Below, in pieces: positions 12,690-24,671 of a stretch of 64,000 nucleotides of DNA; position 1 is the stretch's first letter; every line of letters begins with the position of its first letter. The notes beneath the pieces are model-generated. The model saw nothing but the letters and a program-made list of their open reading frames with translations. It did not search any database and was not told the origin of the DNA. Position numbers and translations under genes: made by a program. Source of the stretch: Eledone cirrhosa. Taxonomy: Eukaryota. The stretch lies in assembly GCA_964016885.1 (NCBI GenBank), contig OZ024742.1, positions 59,396,001-59,460,000 of the forward strand, read 5' to 3'.

Positions 12690-12846
12690 GTATGTGCGAC
12701 CCCCCAAAACGCCTCTTCCCTATTGAGGTCTTTATTGTGAATTTTATATTTGTTATTTGTTTTTTTTACTCGTTCTTTTGTGTAACCCCCCCCCCCCCCT
12801 TGTATTTGTCCCCTTCTTTTGTGCCCTCGTAGCAATAAATAGAAAT
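12690..12846 (+). mobile_element. probable Tx1-type LINE 3' UTR fragment
   Basis: Ends gccctcgtagcAATAAAtagaaatc, similar to the Tx1 tails at 18633, 22119 and 27482. Confidence 0.5.
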
Positions 12847-12929
12847 CTATCTATCTATATATCTATATATGTATATATGTATGTATGTATATATAAGTAT
12901 GTGTATGTATGTGTACATGTATATATATG

Positions 12930-12983
<54 letters not shown>

Positions 12984-13878
12984 ATATATATATATATGTT
13001 TGTATATATATATATATATATGTATATATTTATGTATGTATATATATATAAATGTATGTATGTATATATATACATATGAATATACATGCACACACACACC
13101 ACACACACATACATATCATATGTCTGTATGGTTTGTAGATCCAAAGGATACTAATATTTTAGGTGACCTTTTGCCATCAATCACACGCCGATGATATATA
13201 GGTTCGTATATCTCTTTTAACTTATCTAATAATTTATCATGTCTGAATCCCAGCGAAATATAACAAAAAACACTCAAAACTATAGATAAGAAATGCGAGA
13301 ACGCTGACCATACACATATGTGCATATATGTTGGTCAGCTAATCATTCTATGATATTATCGAAATACATGTTAACACATGAATGAATAAAACTGAAAGAT
13401 TGTTTTTTTCATGAACATCAAATGTGTTATCAGTCATATCAATCAGTAGGTTTGATAAATAATAGCGACTTTTTAATGTTTGAGTGTCTCAATCACGCTT
13501 AGCTTTCGGTGATAATATTATTTTATTCATTTTACTGTCTTAAATATAGAATGATATGTTAGAGAGTGTGATTTCTGTTTGTTTGGTTTTTGTATGCAAT
13601 AAATGTATGTCTATGTGTTCTAGATAAAGTAATTTATCAATATGCAACTGTTTAGAAAAGCAGATATATCTAATTAAATGTTAGAAATCTACTGGTAAAC
13701 AGTAAAACAAGCAATGAAATATTAGTGGCATGATTTATATGAAAATACAATTGACGTAGAGCAGTGATTCTGAACATGGGGCAACACAGAGGAGAAGTTA
13801 AAACGTTATGGGAGGATGATGTTGATTCTAGATTACATTTTATAACTTTTTATGAAACATGTTTTTTTTTATATTGAA

Positions 13879-15252
13879 CTAGCTGAACCACCCGACGTTG
13901 CTCGGGCTACTAGTGTTGTTATTCAGATTAGTAAACAATAAATATGAAGATATATTTTTTCTCATAATTATTTCAAAGTATCTATATTTTATAAAAATAT
14001 ATCAAGATTGTAATGATAATAGAATTTAGAAATGAAAACCTGTCAATCTTGAAGCACCTCAGGGTAAACAATATTAATCGTGTAACTTTTGTTGGTGTCC
14101 AAATGAATAAATTGTTGCTGCTTCCAACTCGTGACCAACTGACATAGAGTTGACCGTGGGAGAAACATTTAGTGGAGAGATCAAGTCCAACTACCTTGAG
14201 GGATTGACACTGAGATTTGTTAATTGAAATAACAAAACAGTTTGATTAGAAACTGAAGCCTTTTAAATACAAATGGAACAGCTGTAGGTATGAGAAGAAA
14301 TTTTAGAATAAAGACATAATATTTCAATATCGTAAACAAATAAATATCAACATCCAAAAGAAATATATATTAATTATTATTTTTGTATGCAGTGTAAATT
14401 AATCAAATATAAGTAAATTAACCAAATATAAGTAAATTAACCAAATGTAAACAAATTAACCCAATATAAGCAAATTAACCAGATCTAAGTAAATGTATTA
14501 ACTGCTAATTTAACGAACAGACACACATACACTCATACAAACATACAATTATAAAAAAAAAATACACAGAGATACATTCATACAAACACACACAGAGGTT
14601 CACCCATGACACACACATACTCACACAAACAAAAAAGACACACACAGAAATACATTCATAGAAGCACACGTAGAGTTTCACCCACGAACAGGCATACACA
14701 TACTCACACAAACTTATAAAAAACACACAGAGACATACATTCATACAAACACACACAATTTCACCCCCAGCGTTTGTTAAGTCAGTCGTCACAGAAATGT
14801 ATGTATACTCACACACACGTACACTCACGCATACACTCACACACATATATGCTCGTCAGTCATCACATGTAAAGATATGTGTTTGATTCTCTGTGTATCT
14901 GATTAAATAATTACGTGAGGATGTATGTGTATGTAACTTACTAAGGCCTAATGTACGTAACGAACGCGTAAACACACACACTCACAAACACGTACACACA
15001 TATATACAAAATGTGACGTCATCGTCATCGTCGTCGCCGCCATCGTAGTATAGTTGATTATAGACAGATTATTTTAGATAAAATGTTATATTATTTTAAT
15101 GCAAATGAAAATAAAAATTACATGTTGTTAATCCCGAGGTTTAATACTATTACTTTGTAAAATTGATTTGATTTGGTCGAGCCATTTCAGAATGCATAAG
15201 GAAACAGATAGATAGACAGAGAGAGACAAAGAATGTTATATATATAGAGAGA
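13879..15252 (-). mobile_element. non-autonomous Helitron with PIF1-like helicase C-terminal remnant
   Basis: Minus-strand 3' end is the hairpin cccgagcaacgtcggg followed by ...CTAG|t (13879). 5' end tctctctatatatataac. 14060-14320 minus translates to FKRLQF...[35 protein letters not shown]. Confidence 0.85.
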
Positions 15253-15389
15253 TAGGGGATTAGTTTATTCATGGTGCATCATAGAAACTTTAGTGAAAAT
15301 TATGTTTCGTTTTCACGTCGTAAACTCAGGGATTTTATTGATTACGATGAAGTAATGTTATCAAGATTTATCTAAGTAACTATGGGAAA

Positions 15390-15670
15390 TATGCTGGTAA
15401 ACAATGAACAGTCTCCACCAGTTTCTATACTCCGTCATGGAGAGAAGGGTTACGTTGTCATTACCTGTCAAGCCTTGTTATTCTCAGACCAAGATTTATT
15501 CGGTCTGCCTCTTCTTCGTTCTTCCTCTACTCAGAAGAATGGTTTCAGATGTGGAGTCGTGGCACGATAAGATACCGTGCCAGACATGTTACCAATATAA
15601 AGAGTGATTTCTCTCTGTTAGCATATGTTGGCCAGGATTCTTCGTTTCATGTCGGAACTATGGGGCCAGC
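15390..15670 (-). mobile_element. RTE-clade LINE 3' fragment (degenerate)
   Basis: Minus strand resembles the RTE C-terminus (…HDSTSETIL…EEERRRGRPNKSW). Confidence 0.5.
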
Positions 15671-15762
15671 TCTTATATCCATATATACATATATATATAT
15701 ATATATAATACTCATATATACATATATATATATAATAAACCCCTCACACACATATATATACA

Positions 15763-16202
15763 AGACCTGAAAAATGCGCAAGCTCAAAAGAGCCACAGAA
15801 TGTTATAATAAACCTTCAAAAGTGTGGGACTAGAGTTATTGCTAAAAAATATTGTAATCATTATTTATCGTACACTCTGTGGCATCCTTTTATAAAAAAG
15901 AGACTCATAACGAACTCAAGACGACACGATAATTATTTAAGCTAATGTTCAATATCTCATATTAGATGTTTAGTAATGATTAATACGAAATGTACTTAAA
16001 CCGAATTCTATATTATATATTCACTTAAATAATTATTGTGTCGTCTTGAGTTCGTTATGAGTCTCTTTTTTATAAAAGGATGCCACAGAGTGTACGATAG
16101 ATAATGATTACAATATTTTTGAACAACAACTCTAGTCCCACACTTTTGAAGGTTTATTATAACATTCTGTGGCTCTTTTGAGCTTGCGCATTTTTCAGGT
16201 CT
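15763..16202. repeat. long inverted repeat, ~179-bp arms (15763-15941 / 16024-16202), 82-bp spacer
   Basis: agacctgaaaaatgcgcaagc... is the reverse complement of ...gcttgcgcatttttcaggtct, with few mismatches. Confidence 0.95.
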
Positions 16203-16951
16203 AGTTTAATATTTTTTAAGGCAACGCTTGTAATAACTCTAGTTAAACATGATATATATTAATAATAAATTATCGTTGTAATGTAATTAGATTATATAAT
16301 TGTTATTTTATAAATGATGTTATGAATATTATTGTAAGATGTATACAAATATTTTCAGACTTTTAATATAAACAACTACAATAAACAATCAATATTGAAT
16401 AAATATATTTTACATAATAATTGTTATAGTTGAATTAATACAAATTAAATATTACATACAAATAGTCTAACATAATAATAAAAAATAATCTAACATAATA
16501 ATAATAAAATAATCTAACATAAAACGAACAATAATATGGACAAATATACAAGTAAATATGATACAACCAATATTATAAGCATGTTATAACGAACTGAAGA
16601 AAAATAGTTAATATAAATTTCAAAATCATCTATAAATTAACAATATAACTTACCAAAACAATAAAAATATTTTGATGATAAACGACGAAATACAGGAGGA
16701 ATGTCGAAAGCGAAACGATAAATAAAGGTGCAAACAAAGTGGCGGATGCTTTTGCGCAACAATTACTATTATTGGTTGATTAGCCAATAAGACGATGAAA
16801 TTAGCCAATAAGACGATACATAACAAAAGATGTTTGGCAGGGATCACCACGTCCAGCGAAACACCTTGAATATTTTTTATTCACAAGCTACGCATATATG
16901 TCAGACACGCAGACTTAAAACATTCTGTGTCTAACAGATAATAAAAAAAAT

Positions 16952-17151
16952 GAGATGTTAGAGTCCTTTATTGGTAAGGCTCTGATACATATTTCAATGA
17001 CGATAGTGGCCACGTGATTCCGCGCAATCAGTACCATGATCTCATCAGACAGCTCCATTATATAATAAGGTGACGTTCTCGAGGCAATCCAAACTAAAAC
17101 GACAAGGGAACGGACGAAGATGATGTTTTAAAGCTTTCGCCCGTCCCCTTG

Positions 17152-17153
<2 letters not shown>
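16952..17153 (-). mobile_element. solo pLTR, family H4 (HHR at 16979-17053)
   Basis: Homologous to 41428-41930, 47085-47470 and 48312-48448. Adjacent to (TA)n. Confidence 0.8.
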
Positions 17154-17186
<33 letters not shown>

Positions 17187-17270
17187 GAACATAATTATAT
17201 ATGTATAAATACAGATATGTTTATATATATTTATATATATATACATATATACATATATACATATATGTAT

Positions 17271-17302
<32 letters not shown>

Positions 17303-17313
17303 ACACACACACA

Positions 17314-17367
<54 letters not shown>

Positions 17368-17458
17368 AATTATAACTAGATTAACCCAGCTTGAAATACC
17401 ATTTCCGACTTATATATTCAGCGTAACCAAGAAACAATATCATTATTTGTTGAGGCAT

Positions 17459-17501
17459 AATGTACTGGGTAATTGCTGGCCTTGTGCCTAAAGTAGAAAC
17501 A
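17459..17501 (+). mobile_element. SINE 3' tail with 17-bp TSD
   Basis: TSD attatttgttgaggcat at 17442-17458 and 17502-17518. Confidence 0.88.
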
Positions 17502-18124
17502 ATTATTTGTTGAGGCATCATATATACAATTTCATCTGTCTCTAATATTAATAGCTTATTAATGTTTTTCTCGACTGTTCCTCTGGAATATTATATCTGG
17601 GACGAAATATATTCCTTCAGAAAATTTGGTGAGTGTTTTATGTATTCTATTGTATATGAATTTGTGATCGAGAAGTCTATTAAACATTGACAAAGTTTAA
17701 CGTTATTAGCAGAATGCCTTGCATTGTTTGGTCTGCTCTGAATATCGTTAATCTTCCGACAGTGTTTTGTGGTAAATACACAAAATTCGCTATTTTTTTT
17801 TACGATTGGATACGTTTCGCTTTGTAAACCGCTTCAGTACTAATAGAAGCAGCAATAGTAGTAGTATCAGTTATGGTGTTAGTAGTAGAATTGGCATTAG
17901 TAGCAGTAGTAGTGGTAGTGGCAGTAATAGTAGTAGTTGTAGTTGTAGTGTTTGTAGTAGTAGTAGTAGTTATAGTGGTAGTAGTAGAATTGAAAGTAGT
18001 AGTAGTTGTGGCTGGAAGAAAATCTAGTGCAAAACATGCAGACGTCGACTGAGTATTTGAGATTTTCATACATGAATATGTACAGTTGTTCATTAACATA
18101 CTGTAGGAAAATATTCGTGGAACG

Positions 18125-18284
18125 GAGAAAGTTGGTTATATAGACCCCAACAATTGACTAGTGCTTTATTTTATCAACCCTTGAAGGATGAAAGGCAAAG
18201 TTGAAATCAGCGGGATTTGAACTCAGAATGTAAAGAACAAGAACAAATAACACAAATACTTTTACCCAACGCCCCAAAAATTCC
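18125..18284 (-). mobile_element. old SINE copy
   Basis: ttatcaaccc...ggatgaaaggcaaagttg...gggatttgaactcag matches the SINE body. Confidence 0.7.
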
Positions 18285-18380
18285 AATCTACGACTCCCAT
18301 TCATTGACATATTATAAATCTACGACTCCCATTCATCGACATATTATAAATCTACGACTCCCATTCATTGACATATTATA
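18285..18380. repeat. 3 x 32-bp tandem repeat
   Basis: Unit aatctacgactcccattcattgacatattata at 18285, 18317 and 18349. Confidence 0.95.
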
Positions 18381-18632
18381 AGACCATATTTTGAACAAAT
18401 AATCGTATGAGACGCAACTGCTATTACCTTCAATATTAAAATTCTCTCTCTCACACACACACACTTATATATATATATATAAAGGTGATTTTAAAATGGG
18501 GCTGTGAAGTTATTGGAAATATAAAGAAACGTGTGGGGAAAAAAAGGGAATAAAGAACATGGAAGACACAAATACAAACAAGAGATGAAAACAAAACTGA
18601 AAGGAAAAGAAAACGCAAACAAAAATAATGAT

Positions 18633-19320
18633 AATGGTTTCATTTATTGGCCACAAGGGCCGACATATAGGGACAATACAACAGATGGGAACAGTGGGCT
18701 TTTTACACAAAGATCCAGTAAAAAAAAGGAAAACAATAACAATAAACAAGAAAAATACAACAATGAAAATTCCCTAATAGGGGGGATAACCACCTAGAGT
18801 TGACTCAGGTACCCCACCAATTCTGAACCACCCGACGCTTCGAGCGCACCACGGAAGGGCACCCCTCTTCTCCTCAAATTCACCAGTCTACAGGTGCATG
18901 ATCAGAGTAGGTCCACTCACACGGGCCATTCTCGTCACATTCGCCCACGTTTTAGCAAATGTGCTGGAGGCAGCACTTCTCTCTCCACCCTCACCTTCCT
19001 TTCCAAGTGAAACTTGAAAAACTTGATGAGGGATTGCCTGAAGAGAAAAGTGTCTGTCTTCAGTCCTTTCAACCTGGTCCACCATACAACCTATTTCGCT
19101 ACTGCCACCAGACAGAGGAAAATTGCCTGCACTTGCTGGCCAAAAGAAGACGGTGGGTCGATCTTAATTATGGACTCGGCCGATAGTCGGATCCATTCTA
19201 CAAGCGACAACAGTTGTCCGACATAACTCCACAAGTCAGTAATGCACGGACACTTGACGAGCGCGTGCAGAACGGTTTCGTCGCTCTGCGCTCATCTCGG
19301 GCAGGTTCGTCTGACAGCAC
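18633..19320 (-). mobile_element. Tx1-type LINE 3' end (ORF2 C-terminus + 3' UTR)
   Basis: CPRxAQSDETVLHALVKCP and FFKFHL-type motifs shared with 24172 and 27730. Tail ggcccttgtggccAATAAAtgaaaccatt. Confidence 0.82.
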
Positions 19321-19533
19321 TTCTGCAGTGTCTGTCTGCAGTTCTGTTTACATGCCAACACAAGAGCAAGAATGAGGTGTTCATTCTACTGACATGGCTT
19401 AAAAGAGGCTGTTTGCATAATTGTAAACGAATCAAATATTATTATTAATATTCGAAAAACACAGATTACATTTATTGTATTCAGTCATGTGGAACGATAA
19501 AATTATTTGTCACCCCCCTCCCCCCCCCCCCCC

Positions 19534-19619
<86 letters not shown>

Positions 19620-21061
19620 ACCTCTTTAAGCAGGCTAGTAGAATGACCTCGTCATTCTTGCTCTAGTCTTGGCATATAAACAGAACGGCAGGCACTAATG
19701 TTTCTGGTTGATTACCCTTCATCAGTACCGTATACTGCTTACCTGCCAACTGCTTATATGAAACTGACTGCTTTAAATGCTTTCTAATTTAGATGCTTTA
19801 TTTTAGATACTTCCCTCTTCCTTTTGGTTTCAAATCACGCTTGTGTGACATATGCTTTTATAATTCCGGAATCAGCAAAACGAGAATCCGTCAAGCCTGC
19901 ATATAATCTGAAAAATATCTAATGTGTTTATATATGTTTCGGCAAAAAGGTTTTAGATAAACTCTAAGAAAAACTTTATTTAAAAAGCTGTGAATTTAAA
20001 CAACATTTATTAATTAGATTTTCGAGAGAAAAATGGAAACGCAAGCATTTAAGTTATTGGAAGTATTGATTAATAATTACGTTAATTAAATTTTAAGCAA
20101 TTAATTTATATAACGAGTAATTATTCATCGAAAATTTCATCAATATGGCTACGCATCCTAGCAAAGAACTAAAATATCTAAATTAAATTCTTAAAGGAAA
20201 GTGAGTTTAAGAATAAGACAAAATAAATCTTTAAAAATATACAATTAGATAAAAGGTTTTGCGGCCATAGAAAACCAATTCTATTCTAATTACCGGAGAT
20301 AAACAACGTCGAGCCTCAGTAGTACTTAGATGGATGATCGCTTGAGGTAGATAGGAAATCATCTTTCATAGAATGATAAATCTGTTAGAGTCGTTTGAGA
20401 TTTGCCTATATATACATATATTAGTAATAGAGATTAAAAGTTTAAGCAAATATTTTCTGCTTTCACCCTAAGCGGGTACATATGAAACTGAGTAATAGTA
20501 ATCTGTAGACACAGAAGTGAATATTTAAAAAACATTACAATTAAATTTTGCATTTAGAAAATAGAAAGACATAACGGTAGCAAGTGATGACGTACACTCG
20601 AGATGAACGACATATATGCAAGGAGAATGACGTCCTTAGGTGAAGCGGGTAGAACAAATTCTTACTATGAAAAAAATCATATTATTGCTATGAAAACATC
20701 AGCAGACTAATCTTCTTTCTTCCAGCTACTATATATGGAAATTATAACAATATTAATAATATGATTAAACATAAAAATACAGAAATCAGTAAAATGAAAT
20801 AAAATAATTATGGTTTCAGATTTAGTCTTATACCAAAGTATGCGCTAACCGGTGTAGATGCATGCATTAACGAAAATGTAGTGTATGAAAATTATGCACA
20901 CACACACAGACAGAAAGACAGACAGACAGACATACAGACAGACAACAGACACACACACACACACACATACACATATATATATATATACGCACATACACAA
21001 ACGCGCATAAACAAACGCCACATGTACGGATATTTGTACATATAACACATACATATACTTG

Positions 21062-21092
<31 letters not shown>

Positions 21093-21877
21093 TAGCCGTC
21101 GAAATTAGCCGTCGAAACGGCTTGAGCTCAGCCGTCGGGGTCTTACTGGTTCCTATTACCCACTCTACTACCCCAAGTATTGAGTACTTTGGTGCGTTAT
21201 GGTCCACCTGGTTCCTTACCACATTTCCTTCGTTATATATATATACGATGTAGAAGGTATTGGTCAACCCATGGCTATAGTAAAACATACACCACACCTC
21301 GGAATTTTCTTTTTTTAACTATATAGAACACATTACATTTCCATTTTCATCTTTGATACTCGGCTTCCAGGAAATCAGTCCTCTTCATCTCAGATCTAGT
21401 GGATGAATTCTATAGTTTGCGGTGAAATGCACAGGATATTGGCAACAGCGATGTTATTCTGTTTTTTTTTTTATTCTCCTTCATTCTTTGAAAACTATTC
21501 GAATTCTTCCGATTTGCATTTCAGAAATTCTTGCTCCAGATATCAGCACAATTTATTCGTTCAAATGTTACAGATCAATTCATGCGTGTCGAGTAATATC
21601 GGTGAAACAAAGTATGCAATAAGGATAATAACAATAATACAACAATAGCAACAAAAAATAACAAATATTTCATGGAAAGGTTTTGTAGTAGTAAGGTGAA
21701 TGTAAAGAATGCATTCGAAACATTCTCGACTGTTGTATGTTTTCTTAACGTTAAGAATTGAAAGCAAAGTTGATTTACGTGATATATTTTTGTCCCATAA
21801 CGAAAAGGGATGTGAGTAAATAAAAGAATTTGTTTGTCCACTACTACTACTACTACTACTACTACTAATAATAATAA

Positions 21878-22066
21878 TAATTGTTTCTACTTTAGGCACA
21901 AGGCCAGTAATTACCCAGTGCATTACTGGTACTTTATTTTATCGACCCCGTAAGGATGAAAGGCAAAGTTAACCTCAACGGGATTTGAACTCAGACCGTA
22001 AAGGGACGTAACTATGACGGAAAGCATGGCGTCTGACCCTCTACCGATTCTGCCAATTCACCGCCC
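21878..22066 (-). mobile_element. full-length SINE in (AAT)n
   Basis: Minus strand gggcggtgaattggcagaatcggtagag...gagttcaaatccc...ggccttgtgcctaaagtagaaacaatt. Confidence 0.9.
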
Positions 22067-22077
22067 TCACAAATAAT

Positions 22078-22118
<41 letters not shown>

Positions 22119-22121
<3 letters not shown>

Positions 22122-23876
22122 TTTCTTTATTAACCACAAGGGTTTACATAAAGTAAACATTAAGGACAGTGCAGGACAATACAGGACGGTACAAATGGGC
22201 ATTTCTGCGTGTAAAAAAACAAAAAACAGAGGATGTAATAATAGAACAATGAAAAAATTCCCCAATAGGGGGGAGACTTCCGAGGGATATTCGTGGAGAA
22301 AGCCCATAAAAAGCCACAGTGACCCTGACCACCAGGGCAAGTGCCCTCTCCTAGTTTTCCACCTTTAATTTACAAACATATACTCAGAGTAGGCCCATTC
22401 CTTATTAAACCTAATGGACTCTATTCTAATCGCTCTTTTCAGAGCAAACCACCACTTGTCGTTGACGATGGCCCCCGTCAACGCTCGCTTAACTAGTTCG
22501 CTAATCCGGTCTCTGTAGGCCTAGCTTCCAGTAGCCGGGTCCTCGTCTATGAAGCCTATCTAAATCAAGCACACATATCACGAATTTGTGGTCCGTGTAG
22601 CTGACTATCTTGAATTGTTGACAGCCTATGCTAGACCTATCTATTTCCCTACAAAATACTCTATCTAGATATGATCTGGATGACCCTATGCGATTTGTCC
22701 AAGTCCACATTGGCACATTCGGGAAATCCAATCGGTACCTGTCAGACAGGTCAAAACGCCTGAGCAGGTTGGTGAGGCTCTTGCACCCTCCTCCCCTATC
22801 CGCTAACCCCACAGAGTCCCACCTTGCATCTAAGATCCCATTCCAGTCTCCCACTAACACTAAAGAGCGGGACGTTCCAAGAAAGGTCTTCCAGCGCCGG
22901 AGGAAATCAGGCCGCCCTGCTCCTGTCGAGGCATAGACGGTCACTAGCCTGAAAGCTTGCCCGTCTCCGCTGGTCACGTCCAGCACCACCAACTCGACTC
23001 TCTGGGTCTAGGAAGATGGCCCGTATGGCGAGATCCAAACCTCTCCGAAAAAGCACAGCAACTCCTCCCTCCGATCCAGGATGGCTGGGAGATGCGTACA
23101 CATCGTAGCCGCCGAAGATCGGTGCGAAGGCCCGTGCTTCGGAGATCCTGGTCTCGCTGATGGCCACTACATCTATGTTTAGTGACCTGAGGTTGTTGAG
23201 CAGGTGGCCCTGCTTCCATGACGACCCCAAGCCACGCGCATTTATGCTGCCTATTCTGAGTGTGGTCATGTTGAAATAGAGTGGAAAAGATGGGAAAGAC
23301 CAGTTATCTTATTTCTCGTAGAGGGAGGATGGTTTCTCCATCCTTTTCACTGCTTCTGGCCTCCTCCGGAAGGATGTCCTTATAAATCCTCCTGGAGAGT
23401 GCTTGTCGGAAGTCTCCGATGTCTTTGGGGAATTTTTGTTTTAGTGTCGTGTACGTTTTCTGTGTGATGCGAGTGATTTGTATGTGTGGAGGTGGGGAAA
23501 TGAATGTCTGCCTGAGACAAATTAAAAATATTGCTACTGCTTATATTTTTAGTGTTGGCAAACGTAGTAATATTTACAATGGTGGTGTCGGTGTGAGGTG
23601 TTAGTGTTGTGAGGAAGGCTCTCAGCTACTGGGTTCAGCTGTTAGCCGGCCATGATTTTTCAAAGAAATTTTTTTTTGTTTGATAATTATAAAAGTTTAA
23701 ATTATAAAATTTTAATTCAAGGCCCCAATCTTTTTGAGTGTCCTTTTCAGAAAACAATGTATGTGCACTTATATACAGTTAACAATAACAATTTTCCAAT
23801 AGTGGCAATTTTAAACAACTGAAAATCACAAAGCTTTGCGGAACTTACGATAATACGATTTACTACGTAGGTCGCC

Positions 23877-23877
<1 letters not shown>
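22119..23877 (-). mobile_element. internally deleted Tx1-type LINE retaining 5' end, APE endonuclease and 3' end
   Basis: ORFs 22907-23269 (LRIGSINARGL...VAISETR) and 22501-22992 (VGDWN...WTW...SYLDRVF...TDHK...GYWKL) are an APE domain. (AAT)n on both sides. Confidence 0.9.
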
Positions 23878-23923
<46 letters not shown>

Positions 23924-23925
<2 letters not shown>

Positions 23926-24637
23926 CTTTCTTTATTAACCACAAGGGTTTACATAAAGTAGACATTAAGGAGAGTACAGGACAATACAGGACGGTACAAA
24001 TGGGCATTTCTGCGTGTAAAAAAAACAGAGGATGTAATAAAAAAATAACAATGAAAAATTCCCCAATAGGGGGGAGACTTCCGAAGGACATTTGTGGAGA
24101 AAGCCCATTAAAAGGCCACAGTGACCCTGACCACCAGGGCAAGTACCCTCTCCCAGTTTTCCACCTTTAACTTACAGACAGATACTCAGAGTAGGCCCAT
24201 TCACTCGGGCCATACTTGCTTCTCTCACCAATCTTTCAACAAAATGCAGGGAAGAGAGCACTTCCCTCTCGACCTTGATTTTCCTTTTCAAATGAAATTT
24301 GAAAAAGTTAATCAGGGCATCACCGAAGAGGTAAGTGCTCGTCTTCAGCCCTTTCAAACGTGTCCACCATACTATCTCTTTCGCCATGGCCACCAGACAG
24401 ATAAAAACTACATGCCCTTCCCGGCTAAAGGAAGAGGGCGGGGCAATCCTCACGATGGACTCAGCTGATAGCTGGATCCGTCCTACACGTGACAGCAGGT
24501 GTTCGACATAAACCCACAAGTCAGCAATGCTCGGACACTGGACGAGTGCGTGCAGCCCGGTTTCGTCGCCCTGCGCGCATCTGTAAATAACAAACCTTTG
24601 CGGAGCTCACGATGATAGATTTACTACGTAGGTCGTC

Positions 24638-24638
<1 letters not shown>
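23924..24638 (-). mobile_element. mini-Tx1: ~55-nt 5' end fused to ~660-nt 3' end
   Basis: 24585-24638 matches the 5' end at 23825-23877. 23924-24580 is the ORF2 C-terminus and a 3' UTR nearly identical to 22119-22400. (AAT)n on both sides. Confidence 0.85.

Positions 24639-24670
<32 letters not shown>

Positions 24671-24671
<1 letters not shown>

Noticed and set aside
17860-18010. Thr/Ser-rich ORFs as mucin-like coding sequence
   Set aside because: Degenerate (TAG)n microsatellite.
18285-18380. 32-bp repeats as a CRISPR array
   Set aside because: Head-to-tail tandem units with no spacers, no cas genes and a eukaryotic context.
21960-22066. tRNA gene (A and B boxes)
   Set aside because: The boxes are separated by non-tRNA sequence and attached to a repeated body and tail with TSDs, so this is a SINE head.
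24575-24595. mini-Tx1 junction as a spliced intron
   Set aside because: An acceptor-like AG is present, but the parental 5' sequence continues TTG rather than GT. Microhomology is the simpler explanation.
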